DNA of 33,651 bases from Ruminiclostridium sp. GTDB taxonomy: Bacteria; Bacillota; Clostridia; Oscillospirales; Ruminococcaceae. Every line of letters starts with the position of its first letter. Position 1 is the first letter of the stretch. The notes beneath the pieces are model-generated. The model saw only the letters and a program-made list of their open reading frames with translations, did not search any database and had not been told where the DNA came from. The DNA lies in assembly GCA_045604505.1 (NCBI GenBank), contig JAZUOE010000088.1:1-33651 (forward strand). The letters are read 5' to 3'. The position numbers and the translations under genes were made by a program. Positions 9,234 through 18,043 of this stretch are shown one piece after another.

Positions 9234-10040
9234 ATGCTTAATATGTTAAAATATCAGTTCTATCGTCTTACACATAATATCAGTTCTTATATCGGAATTG
9301 CACTTATTACAATTTTCGACATTATGATTGTAGCAATGAATGCCTCAATACCCGGCACACTGTCAGGAGAGGACTCACTTGCAAACATTATGACAGCTAT
9401 GCAGATGGCCTCTTTCAGCTTTGCATCAATGGCAGTACCTATGGTTTATTCAGCTTGGGTTGTAATATACGCCTATGGAGAATTTCAACAGGGATATATC
9501 AGAAATATAGCTCCATCTGTCAAAAATAAATGCAGCTTTTTCTTTGCACATTTAGCAGTGTGCGCAGTAATGTTTGTATTCTATGCAGTATTCAGCTGTT
9601 CAATCACAATTATATGTTCAAAGCTGATGGTTCCCGGTATTCAGATGGGTGATTTTGTAATGTTGTTAAAGAATCTGCTTATGCAGTTTTTCTTTCATAT
9701 CACATATGCAGCATTAGCATTACTTGCGGTATATTTTTTCAGAAACATATTCATTCCTCTTATCGTAACATTTTCCGTATCTATGGGAATTGAAAGTTTG
9801 CCTCTTATGATTGTACAGAATTTAATAGAAAACACACTCGGCGATAAAGGTGATGAACTTAATTCTTGGCTCACCCACCTTTCTATTTCAAACAACATTT
9901 ATTTCGTTGAGTATTCTTTCATCTCAGGTAATGGTTCAGAAAATGGCGGGTTGGAAAAATATATAATTATGGGCGGAATTATGCTTGTGTTGTACTCGAC
10001 ACTTGCTTGTCTTGCAATAACAAAAAAGGATATAAAATAG
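9234..10040 (+). CDS. ABC-2 type permease
   Basis: About six hydrophobic segments, EFQQGYIRN loop, C-terminal KKDIK; follows the ATPase. Confidence 0.85.
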   Translation: MLNMLKYQFYRLTHNISSYIGIALITIFDIMIVAMNASIPGTLSGEDSLANIMTAMQMASFSFASMAVPMVYSAWVVIYAYGEFQQGYIRNIAPSVKNKCSFFFAHLAVCAVMFVFYAVFSCSITIICSKLMVPGIQMGDFVMLLKNLLMQFFFHITYAALALLAVYFFRNIFIPLIVTFSVSMGIESLPLMIVQNLIENTLGDKGDELNSWLTHLSISNNIYFVEYSFISGNGSENGGLEKYIIMGGIMLVLYSTLACLAITKKDIK

Positions 10041-10050
10041 GAGAATTTAT

Positions 10051-10947
10051 ATGATTGCAGCAATTATCATTCTGAGCGTTGCTACAGCAATATTGCTGAT
10101 AACTCATATAGGCTACAGGCGACAGGTAAGTAAAACCTGCCGCCGCCTTGCGTTTATTAAAAACAATGATACAAATATGCAACTACTAAGTGACACCGAC
10201 TTCCATGAGCTTAACACACTTGAAAAAGAGATTAATGAAATCATAATAAAAAGCTCTGAAATCAGTATTGCTGCTCTACAAAAAGAAAACACACTGAAAG
10301 AAACTATTGCAAATATTTCTCATGATATAAGAACCCCTCTTACATCTTTGGACGGTTATTTTCAGTTGCTATCCGACGCAAAAACAGACGAAGAACGTCA
10401 GCGGTATATCAGCATAATCAAAAACAGAATAGAGAGTCTTAATAATATGCTTGAGGAACTTTTCCTTTACACAAAGCTGCAAAACGACAGCTATGAACCG
10501 GAAATGGAAAATGTAAATTTCAGTCAGCTTGTGTTTGATACAGCCTTTTCGTTTTATGACGTATTTGCAGAAAAAGGGACGGAACCGCAAGTGAACTTCT
10601 GCGAAGAAAAACTGACTATAAATGCAAACCGCGATGCCTTGCAAAGAATAATTCAGAACATTATAAAAAACGCTATTGTACACGGCAAGGAGCAGGTAGC
10701 TTTCACCCTTGAAAAACAAGATAACAAGGCTGTTTTCACTTGTTCTAACGCTGTGGAAAATCCGGAAGAAATAGATGCCGACAAGGTATTCACCCGCTTT
10801 TACAAAGCTGACGACGCACGTACAAGAAATTCTTCAGGCTTAGGTCTTGCCATAGCTCATGATTTCACGGCAAAAATGGGCGGTGAAATAAAAGCAGTTC
10901 TGAATAATGATATTTTCTCAATTGAAGTAAAATTTGATATTGTATGA
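10051..10947 (+). CDS. Sensor histidine kinase with one N-terminal TM and no ectodomain
   Basis: H-box SHDIRTPLT, N-box NIIKNA, G-box SSGLGLAIA. Confidence 0.93.
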   Translation: MIAAIIILSVATAILLITHIGYRRQVSKTCRRLAFIKNNDTNMQLLSDTDFHELNTLEKEINEIIIKSSEISIAALQKENTLKETIANISHDIRTPLTSLDGYFQLLSDAKTDEERQRYISIIKNRIESLNNMLEELFLYTKLQNDSYEPEMENVNFSQLVFDTAFSFYDVFAEKGTEPQVNFCEEKLTINANRDALQRIIQNIIKNAIVHGKEQVAFTLEKQDNKAVFTCSNAVENPEEIDADKVFTRFYKADDARTRNSSGLGLAIAHDFTAKMGGEIKAVLNNDIFSIEVKFDIV

Positions 10948-10949
10948 AG

Positions 10950-10980
10950 AAATCTCCGCAGAAAAATCCTGCGGAGATTT
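10950..10980. terminator. Bidirectional terminator
   Basis: AAATCTCCGCAG...CTGCGGAGATTT between convergent genes. Confidence 0.85.
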
Positions 10981-10983
10981 TGA

Positions 10984-13236
10984 TTATTCACTTTGCTTTT
11001 TCTCAAGCTCTTTCATTCTTTCACTGATTTCTTCAATCTCATTATTTAATATATGCTCATACCCCATATATTCATACTGAATATAGTCAAAACCGCGAGG
11101 GTCAGAAACGTTTATTTTCACCCGATAGCAGTCTTCCTCTTCATAGGTATCAATAACACATTCAATAATATCATTTTCAACTGTAAATGAAACAATATCA
11201 CCTTTCTTGTTGTTAAGAGGCACCGTTGCCTTTAATTCATCACCCTCAAAGCAGAAAACATTAAGCTCACCTGTTCGCTCATATATATTTCTTCTTCCGC
11301 CCAATATGTACAATCTATTGCCGTCTTGTATTACAGGCAGTTCTCCTTGCGCAGCAATAATTTCATCATTGAATAACTCGAAAAATTCATCATCTACAAA
11401 TTCACCGTCCAAAAACGAACCGTTCACAAAATACCACACCTCACGGTCAGTCTTATAAAGAGTCTGATTTGTGCCAATCGTTCTTATTGCATAGTAATTA
11501 CCGTCAGGCATAAGATAATAATCTGCGGAAATATATTTACGTAAGCCTTGCTCATAGTATTTAGCAACCTCTTCTTCATAGGCTCTCGTCAATGGAGTTG
11601 TGCAGGTTTCAAAAGTCAGGATTTTTACATTATATGGATAATGCTCATCTGTCATAACATAACCATTGTCACCCTTGATAAACTTACACGAAAAATATTT
11701 TTCGTCCTCTCCGCTTATCATTTTAAGATGAACAACGCTTTCTTCTTCCGTTCTTTTGCTGACATACATACCGTCCCAATTAACGGACATATCGCCTGTT
11801 CTGTACCATGTCCTGCCCTCATCATCATTTATGCTGAAATCAAAAAGGCTGTCATAGTCAATTCCGTACCGCTGACAAAATTCGTGAATACCTATATAGC
11901 CATATTTTCCAAGCTCCACATCACCGTTTATATCACCGACTGCGGTTTTGGTGTACTTATTCTTGTAATTTTTTACATCAGGAGTTTCTGAGAATGACGC
12001 TGATGTAGTGTAGAAATACATAGTTTCTCTGTCATCTGCAGGAATAAACCAAAGTCCCTTCCCACCACTCATATATGCACCGTATTTATCCTTGCGGAAT
12101 CCTATAAGACGGTTATCGTTCCAGTTGAAAAGATTATCATGCCAACCAATATCCAGCTTTTCTCCTCCGCTTTCCCATATACCACGAAAATAATCGTAAA
12201 AAATCTGCATATCCATTGTAAATCCACTCTTGTTAGCGTCAAGCTTTATACCGTCATCTGTTTTTTCGGCATCATATCTTCTGAACTCACTGTCATAGAT
12301 ATAGAAGATTTCGCCAATGGGATTATAATGATAAACACTGTCGCTGTTTTCTAAATGAACAACAAATGGTGTAATATCCGCAAAGCCAAGAGCATACCCG
12401 CTTTCTTTGTATTCCTCAAATTTCTTTTCAGCAATTTGCTTTGCGTACTTATCATCAAGGAGCGGGTCTTTTTTCTTTTCGATTTCGTAAAGAAAATCAA
12501 AGACCCCTTCTCCCTCAAGAGCAATAGTTTTTGCCAACTCATCAACAGATATGTAAACGAGGCTTTCGGGATTGCCGTCCAAGTAATATTTACCGCCCAC
12601 AAGCTCAGGCGGAACAGCCGCTACAGAATTTGTCAATGGCCCAATAAGGCTTTTCAGATTTTCATAATCCTCTTTTGTAATACTTATGTTGCTTTCAAGA
12701 ATACTGTCGTTGAAATTATATTCACCGTAGGTTGTAACGTAAATTGTAGTTATATCGCTCTTGCCGTCCTTTCTGCCCCATTCAATCCTGTATTTTTCGG
12801 TGCAGTCTGTATTTGAATTTATCCCCCAAATCATAGGCGCGTCACTGTACCTTTCGCGCATATCTTCAACCTCACTGTAAAGTTTCCCAAGAGCATCAAT
12901 AACTTCTTTATCGTCAGTAGGATAAACATTATATTTGTTGCAGTCACAAACAAGAATTTCTACACTTTCATAGCTTTCAAAACTGCTTTGTGCAACAGGA
13001 ATTTCTCCTGCATTTAATTTAATTGCCGCAAAGCCCACGCCGATAAGCAGCACTGCCGCTGCAGCTATTCCTGCAATACTCTTCCACTTCGGCACTTTCT
13101 TTTCACTCCTGTCCACTACGATTTCATAAAGCTCCCTTTCCTTCGGGCAATGGCGATAAAGCTCATTCACCGCCTCGTCTATATGCTTTTGTGCAATATT
13201 GTCAAATACATCACTCCAAAATTCTGCCATGTTCAT
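10984..13236 (-). CDS. Putative anti-sigma factor / membrane sensor (750 aa), partner of ECF sigma 1
   Basis: ATGA overlap with sigma; N-terminal FDNIAQKHIDEA, one TM (IAGIAAAAVLLIGVGFAAI), large ectodomain homologous to the 1117-aa protein. Confidence 0.7.
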   Translation of the reverse strand: MNMAEFWSDVFDNIAQKHIDEAVNELYRHCPKERELYEIVVDRSEKKVPKWKSIAGIAAAAVLLIGVGFAAIKLNAGEIPVAQSSFESYESVEILVCDCNKYNVYPTDDKEVIDALGKLYSEVEDMRERYSDAPMIWGINSNTDCTEKYRIEWGRKDGKSDITTIYVTTYGEYNFNDSILESNISITKEDYENLKSLIGPLTNSVAAVPPELVGGKYYLDGNPESLVYISVDELAKTIALEGEGVFDFLYEIEKKKDPLLDDKYAKQIAEKKFEEYKESGYALGFADITPFVVHLENSDSVYHYNPIGEIFYIYDSEFRRYDAEKTDDGIKLDANKSGFTMDMQIFYDYFRGIWESGGEKLDIGWHDNLFNWNDNRLIGFRKDKYGAYMSGGKGLWFIPADDRETMYFYTTSASFSETPDVKNYKNKYTKTAVGDINGDVELGKYGYIGIHEFCQRYGIDYDSLFDFSINDDEGRTWYRTGDMSVNWDGMYVSKRTEEESVVHLKMISGEDEKYFSCKFIKGDNGYVMTDEHYPYNVKILTFETCTTPLTRAYEEEVAKYYEQGLRKYISADYYLMPDGNYYAIRTIGTNQTLYKTDREVWYFVNGSFLDGEFVDDEFFELFNDEIIAAQGELPVIQDGNRLYILGGRRNIYERTGELNVFCFEGDELKATVPLNNKKGDIVSFTVENDIIECVIDTYEEEDCYRVKINVSDPRGFDYIQYEYMGYEHILNNEIEEISERMKELEKKQSE

Positions 13237-13775
13237 ACGTCAATCCCCCTTTTTACAAGAAACTTCTTCAGTTCTGCGCGTGTTCTTGATAGTCTTGATT
13301 TCACTGCACTTTCACTCATATCATACCCGTCAGAAATGTCCTTCACCGACATTCCGAAATAGTATCTTGCAATAAATACAAGTCTATTTTTCTTGTTTGT
13401 TTTTTCAAGAAATTCGTTTATAAACAGAGAAATTTCTTTGCTGTCGAACTCATTTTCTACCGTTCTTTTATCAGGAATTACTTCATTCAGTTCCTCGTAT
13501 TGTCCTGAACCCCTGCGTTTTTCACTTCGGATAATATTAAGCGCAAAATTGCGGACAATTGCACAAAGATAACCGCATAAAGAATCGGGATTTTTCGGCG
13601 GGATTGTTTCCCATAATTTTTGGTAAGAAGAGTTGACGCACTCCTCACTATCTTCCTCGTTATGTACAATGCTGTATGATACCTTTCGGCAAAGCCGCCC
13701 GTATTTTGAATTTGTTTCGGCAATTGCCTGTTCAGAACGCATAAGAAAAAGATTAATTATTTTCTTATCATCCAT
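13233..13775 (-). CDS. ECF RNA polymerase sigma factor 1
   Basis: EDSEEC and IVRNFALN (region 2), SAVKSRLSRTR (region 4). Start moved to MDDKKII after the GGAAAGGGG RBS. Confidence 0.92.
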   Translation of the reverse strand: MDDKKIINLFLMRSEQAIAETNSKYGRLCRKVSYSIVHNEEDSEECVNSSYQKLWETIPPKNPDSLCGYLCAIVRNFALNIIRSEKRRGSGQYEELNEVIPDKRTVENEFDSKEISLFINEFLEKTNKKNRLVFIARYYFGMSVKDISDGYDMSESAVKSRLSRTRAELKKFLVKRGIDV

Positions 13776-13800
13776 TTTTATTCCCCTTTCCCTCAATTTT

Positions 13801-13841
13801 CTCTTCATATCATACAACACCGTTTTTTAAAAAAGGTTGCA
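13801..13841 (-). promoter_or_regulatory. Putative ECF promoter of sigma 1
   Basis: Minus strand TGCAAC-N16-TGTTGTATGATATGAAGAG. Confidence 0.55.
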
Positions 13842-13846
13842 GAAAT

Positions 13847-14527
13847 TTACAGCTTTATTTTTACTTGCTTTTTAATTTCAATAGTATCAGGAGTTACATC
13901 ACACTCTGCTGCAAGTACCTTAACCCCTGTGTCCGCCGCCTCTTTCAAAGCATCAGCAAATTCGGGATGTGTCTTATAATTAGGACAGAAATATTTTACG
14001 CCTTTCATTTGTATCACGAAAAGAATATATGCCTCATAGCCGTCATTAAGACAGGTCATAAGTTCTCGGATATGTTTTACACCTCTCTCTGTCGGTGCGT
14101 CAGGAAACATTACAACCCCATTTTCTTCTAAAGTAACCCCTTTAACTTCTAAAAATGCCTTTCTCTCACCGTCGGTAATATATAAATCAAATCTTGATTT
14201 TCCGTATGTAACCTCACGCTTTATAACTGCATTTTCAGAAAAAACATTCCCCCTTTTTAGCCATTCTTCAGCTACTGCATTCGGTATCTGTGAATCCATA
14301 TTTATAAGTAATCCGTCTTTATCCACCGCTATAAGGTCATACTTTGTTTTACGCTCCGGATTTGCGGCACGTGAAAGATATACGGTTCTTCCCTTTATAA
14401 GAAGTTCCTTGCACCTTCCTGTATTTTTTACATGAACTGTTTCAATCTTTTTATCAATAATAACCTTAGCTATAAAGCGGTTAGGTCTTTCAATAAATTC
14501 ACCCATTACTATATTTTCATATTTCAT
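13847..14527 (-). CDS. sfsA: Sugar fermentation stimulation protein A (PD-(D/E)xK nuclease family)
   Basis: RPNRF, HVKNTGRCKEL, SRFD, EVKGVTL, FPDAPTERGVKH. Confidence 0.95.
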   Translation of the reverse strand: MKYENIVMGEFIERPNRFIAKVIIDKKIETVHVKNTGRCKELLIKGRTVYLSRAANPERKTKYDLIAVDKDGLLINMDSQIPNAVAEEWLKRGNVFSENAVIKREVTYGKSRFDLYITDGERKAFLEVKGVTLEENGVVMFPDAPTERGVKHIRELMTCLNDGYEAYILFVIQMKGVKYFCPNYKTHPEFADALKEAADTGVKVLAAECDVTPDTIEIKKQVKIKL

Positions 14528-14632
14528 AAAATCATTCCCTTTCTTTTTCTACAGTATAACACCACCGCATATTTTTTTCAACAGGCATATTATGTATTTT
14601 TCGGGCAATCATTTTAAAAAGGAGTGATTTTT

Positions 14633-15556
14633 ATGTGTACAAGTATTGCGTTACGCCGCGAATATCTTTACTTTGGCAGAAATATGGATATTGACTACAA
14701 TTTTGGTGAACGGGTTGTTTTAACCCCCGAAAATTATCCTCTAACTTTCAAAAAAATGCCGCCCTGCGAAAAGCATTATGCTTTAATCGGCATGGCAGCT
14801 GTTTATGATAATTACCCTCTCTACGCTGAAGGAATGAACGAAAACGGATTATGTATTGCCGCTTTGAAATTTGAAAACAATGCGCACTACTGCGACTTAA
14901 TAAGCAGCGGTAAAACTATGGTTGCCCCTTACGAACTTATACCTTACGTGTTGGGTAAGTGCCGTAATATTAACGAGGTTAAAGCACTGCTTTCAGGTAT
15001 TGACATAAGTAATACTCCATTTAATGAACGGCTGCCCTTATCACCACTCCATTGGCACATTGCCGACAACAGTGGTTCTATTACCGTTGAAAGAACTATA
15101 GAGGGGCTGAATGTATATGACAATCCCGCAGACGTTCTTACAAACAATCCGCCCTTCCCCTTTCATCTGCACAACTTGTCACAATACAGCCGTCTTACAC
15201 CTATCTATCACTGTGAAAACGGGGAATTTAAACCATTTGGTGCCGGTTTTGGCGCTATAGGACTTCCCGGTGATTTTTCTTCAGCCTCACGATTTATCAG
15301 AGCGCACTTTCTGCTAAAAAATTCAGGCACAGATTACAGCGGCACTGTTCAGGTATTCCACATTCTTGACAATGCGGCAATTCCTTGTGGTGCTGTTCTG
15401 ACAGCAGAGGATAAAAACCACTACACCACCTACTCCTGTTGTATGGATACTGAGAAGAAAAGCTATTTTTTTAAAACCTACACAGGCGGCGTAAGAGAAA
15501 TAAAGCTTAGCGATGAAAACAGAAAAGGAAATCAGTTAATACAGTATGCTATATAA
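14633..15556 (+). CDS. Choloylglycine hydrolase family (bile salt hydrolase / penicillin V acylase, Ntn hydrolase)
   Basis: M-C-T start gives the N-terminal nucleophile Cys; GRNMD, GMNENGL, LTNNPPF, LPGDFSSASRF; AAGGAG RBS. Confidence 0.92.
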   Translation: MCTSIALRREYLYFGRNMDIDYNFGERVVLTPENYPLTFKKMPPCEKHYALIGMAAVYDNYPLYAEGMNENGLCIAALKFENNAHYCDLISSGKTMVAPYELIPYVLGKCRNINEVKALLSGIDISNTPFNERLPLSPLHWHIADNSGSITVERTIEGLNVYDNPADVLTNNPPFPFHLHNLSQYSRLTPIYHCENGEFKPFGAGFGAIGLPGDFSSASRFIRAHFLLKNSGTDYSGTVQVFHILDNAAIPCGAVLTAEDKNHYTTYSCCMDTEKKSYFFKTYTGGVREIKLSDENRKGNQLIQYAI

Positions 15557-15557
15557 C

Positions 15558-15592
15558 AAAAACTCTGTACTATTTATAGTGCAGAGTTTTTT
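15558..15592 (+). terminator. Intrinsic terminator
   Basis: AAAAACTCTGTACTA...TAGTGCAGAGTTTTTT. Confidence 0.8.
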
Positions 15593-15614
15593 CAACCAAA
15601 AATATTATACAATT

Positions 15615-15654
15615 TGTGACATTTTTGCTTTTTCAATCGTTTTATAAGTGAAGG
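15615..15654 (+). promoter_or_regulatory. Putative ECF promoter of sigma 2
   Basis: TGTGAC-N17-CGTTTTATAAGTGAAGG; near-identical to the element before sigma 4. Confidence 0.7.
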
Positions 15655-15687
15655 TACTTTCAAGGACATAACACGGGAGATGATGAA

Positions 15688-16167
15688 GTGGATAATGACA
15701 AGGTTAGCAGATATGTTGAGCTTTTTCACAGTTCAGTATTCCGACTAGCATACAGCTATGTGAAAAATCGCGAGGACGCTGAGGATATTGCTCAGGAAAC
15801 ATTCATGCGGCTTTATCGCTCAGAAAAGGTATTTGCCACAGATAATGATGTTAAAGCGTGGATTATGAGAGTTGCTATAAATCTTTCAAAGGATTTGCTT
15901 AAATCGGCGTGGCTTAAGGGACGCGGTGAGCTTAGCGAAGACATTCCATGCGAAAACGAAAAAGAAAGCATACTGCTTGATTTTGTAAAACAGCTTAAAC
16001 CTGAACATTCTGTAGTTATTCACCTTTTCTATTACGAGGGATATTCTGTTAAAGAAATTGCTAAAATATGCAGAATTTCAACAACCTCTGTCACCACAAG
16101 ACTTTCCCGCGCAAGAAAACAGCTTAAAAGAATGCTCAGCACTGATGAAAGGAATGATTTGAAATGA
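15688..16167 (+). CDS. ECF RNA polymerase sigma factor 2
   Basis: DAEDIAQETF, AWIMRVAIN, YYEGYSVKEIA, TRLSRARKQL. Confidence 0.93.
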   Translation: MDNDKVSRYVELFHSSVFRLAYSYVKNREDAEDIAQETFMRLYRSEKVFATDNDVKAWIMRVAINLSKDLLKSAWLKGRGELSEDIPCENEKESILLDFVKQLKPEHSVVIHLFYYEGYSVKEIAKICRISTTSVTTRLSRARKQLKRMLSTDERNDLK

Positions 16168-17354
16168 AACAGGAATACAACAAGCTATATGATAAAATCT
16201 CTCCTATACTGAGCAATGAGGAGCTTATAGAAAAAATGCTCAGAAAGGCAGAAAATATGGATAACAAAAAGAAAATCAGATTTAAAAAGCCGTTAACAGC
16301 AATTGTAGCAGCAGCCATAGCAGTAACAGCCGCAACCGCAACTGCTGCAGCCACAGGAATTATTGATTTCAAAACTATTTTCGGTGATTTTATAAGCATA
16401 GCAGACGAAAACGCTGCAAACAGCTTACTTTCGCAGCCAAAGGACCTGAAATGGGCCGTTTCCGATAATAATTACGAAATAAAAATGAACGGTGTTGCTG
16501 GTACAGATAGCTGTGTTCTTATGAATTTTGAAATCGTAAGAAAAGACGGAAATCCTGTTGTGGATTATTTTTTGAATAAGACTGTTGATAATTCCCTTGG
16601 AACGGTTTTTGGCGGTGTACACGGCAGAGAGGTTGACGGTGGTATTGTATACCAGGACTGGAAATTTTCAATAAATGAAAATGGCAATATACAAGCTTAT
16701 ATTATTGCTGACATAAAGGATAATATAAACGGTACTGTTATAGAATGCAGCGGCAGCAACTTCTATCCTGATGAACGTCTTATAAATTATGAATTAGAAC
16801 ACAAGGTTTTCAGAAATATCAAAAACGGTGAAACAGGTCTTTATCATCCCGGCGGTGCATTGGCAACCAATCATAGTATAGTTGACCCTGAAATTTTGGG
16901 GCTTATGCTGGATTGGTCTTTAGAATTTTCATACGTCGCTCCCGAAAACTGCACTGTAACAAAGAAAATCACAAATACTGATGAGTCACTGGTTATAAAC
17001 AAATATATAAATGACGCTGAATCTGATAAAATCCCTCTGCCTTTAGAGATGAAAATAATTGAAAGCTCCTTCAATCACGTCAGCGGAAAAATAACAACCG
17101 AGTTCTACGAGCCTGAAAGTGCTAGACACACATTGACATATACAGACGAAAATGAAATATTCATTATAACAGAAGATGGTGCTGAAATTCCCGTTTCTAT
17201 CCATGAATTCGGCGGTTCTTGTACCGACAGTGGATATACACAAATGTATCTGAATGTCATTTACAGTGCTGATAACTCATACGAAATCACTGTTATTGAC
17301 GTCAACACCATTACCGCAATTAAAATTAATGGTACCGTTTTTAATCTTCAATAA
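16164..17354 (+). CDS. Putative anti-sigma factor (DUF4179-like), partner of sigma 2
   Basis: ATGA overlap; short basic N-terminus, Ala-rich TM, beta-rich ectodomain; paralog of 23459-24703. Confidence 0.72.
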   Translation: MKQEYNKLYDKISPILSNEELIEKMLRKAENMDNKKKIRFKKPLTAIVAAAIAVTAATATAAATGIIDFKTIFGDFISIADENAANSLLSQPKDLKWAVSDNNYEIKMNGVAGTDSCVLMNFEIVRKDGNPVVDYFLNKTVDNSLGTVFGGVHGREVDGGIVYQDWKFSINENGNIQAYIIADIKDNINGTVIECSGSNFYPDERLINYELEHKVFRNIKNGETGLYHPGGALATNHSIVDPEILGLMLDWSLEFSYVAPENCTVTKKITNTDESLVINKYINDAESDKIPLPLEMKIIESSFNHVSGKITTEFYEPESARHTLTYTDENEIFIITEDGAEIPVSIHEFGGSCTDSGYTQMYLNVIYSADNSYEITVIDVNTITAIKINGTVFNLQ

Positions 17355-17360
17355 ATACTG

Positions 17361-17388
17361 CCCCGTTTGTTTCATACAAACGGGGTTT
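17361..17388 (+). terminator. Intrinsic terminator
   Basis: CCCCGTTTGT...ACAAACGGGG-TTT. Confidence 0.75.
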
Positions 17389-17401
17389 AATCATCAATGG
17401 A

Positions 17402-17486
17402 TTGCAATTCCCTTGATAATGTGGTAAAATATTTTCAGAAAATATGTCACATTTTTCATTCTAATTAAGTTATATAAAGTGAGAGG
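17402..17486 (+). promoter_or_regulatory. Tandem SigA and putative ECF promoters of sigma 3
   Basis: TTGCAA-N17-TAAAAT with TGn (17402-17430), then TGTCAC-N17-AGTTATATAAAGTGAGAGG. Confidence 0.6.
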
Positions 17487-17497
17487 GGGAAATCTCA

Positions 17498-18043
17498 ATG
17501 GAAGATAAAAAAATAATCTCACTTTTCTTTTCACGTTCAGAACAGGCAATTACCGAAACTAAGGTAAAATACAACAACCTGTGTATGAAAATTGCAAACG
17601 CAATTCTCAGTAGCTGCGAGGACGCAGAAGAATGTGTTAATTCATCATATCTTAAATTATGGAATGCTATTCCACCAAAAAATCCTGAATCACTTTGCGG
17701 TTATCTCTGTAAAATTGTTCGCAACACAGCACTTACTGCTTTCAATAAAATCAGTAAGCGTAATTCTGACGAATTTTACACAGAGCTTGATGAAATTATA
17801 CCTGACAGCATTACCGTAGAGCAATCGGTAGAGGGCCGACGTATTTCAGAATTGCTCAATAGTTTTTTAGGCAGTTCAAAACGAAGAAGTCGTGAAATTT
17901 TTACCGCACGTTATTATTTCAATATGTCGGTAAAGGAAATTGCCGACAGCTTTGATATGACGGAAACAGCGGTACGTTCAAGACTTAAAAGAACACGAGA
18001 GGATTTACGTGCTTACCTTACGGAGAGGGGTGTTGAGGTATGA
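17498..18043 (+). CDS. ECF RNA polymerase sigma factor 3 (paralog of sigma 1)
   Basis: MEDKKIISLF..RSEQAI, EDAEECVNSSY, IPPKNP.SLCGYLC shared with sigma 1; AVRSRLKRTR. Confidence 0.93.
   Translation: MEDKKIISLFFSRSEQAITETKVKYNNLCMKIANAILSSCEDAEECVNSSYLKLWNAIPPKNPESLCGYLCKIVRNTALTAFNKISKRNSDEFYTELDEIIPDSITVEQSVEGRRISELLNSFLGSSKRRSREIFTARYYFNMSVKEIADSFDMTETAVRSRLKRTREDLRAYLTERGVEV

Noticed and set aside
11207-12816. Several plus-strand ORFs of 71-153 aa
   Set aside because: They lie opposite the 750-aa gene and have no motifs.
13776-13820. ORF-track upstream start for sigma 1 (likewise 26950, 27714, 30753, 14624)
   Set aside because: These extensions run through promoter/RBS sequence or the upstream gene; downstream starts have good RBSs and match family N-termini.
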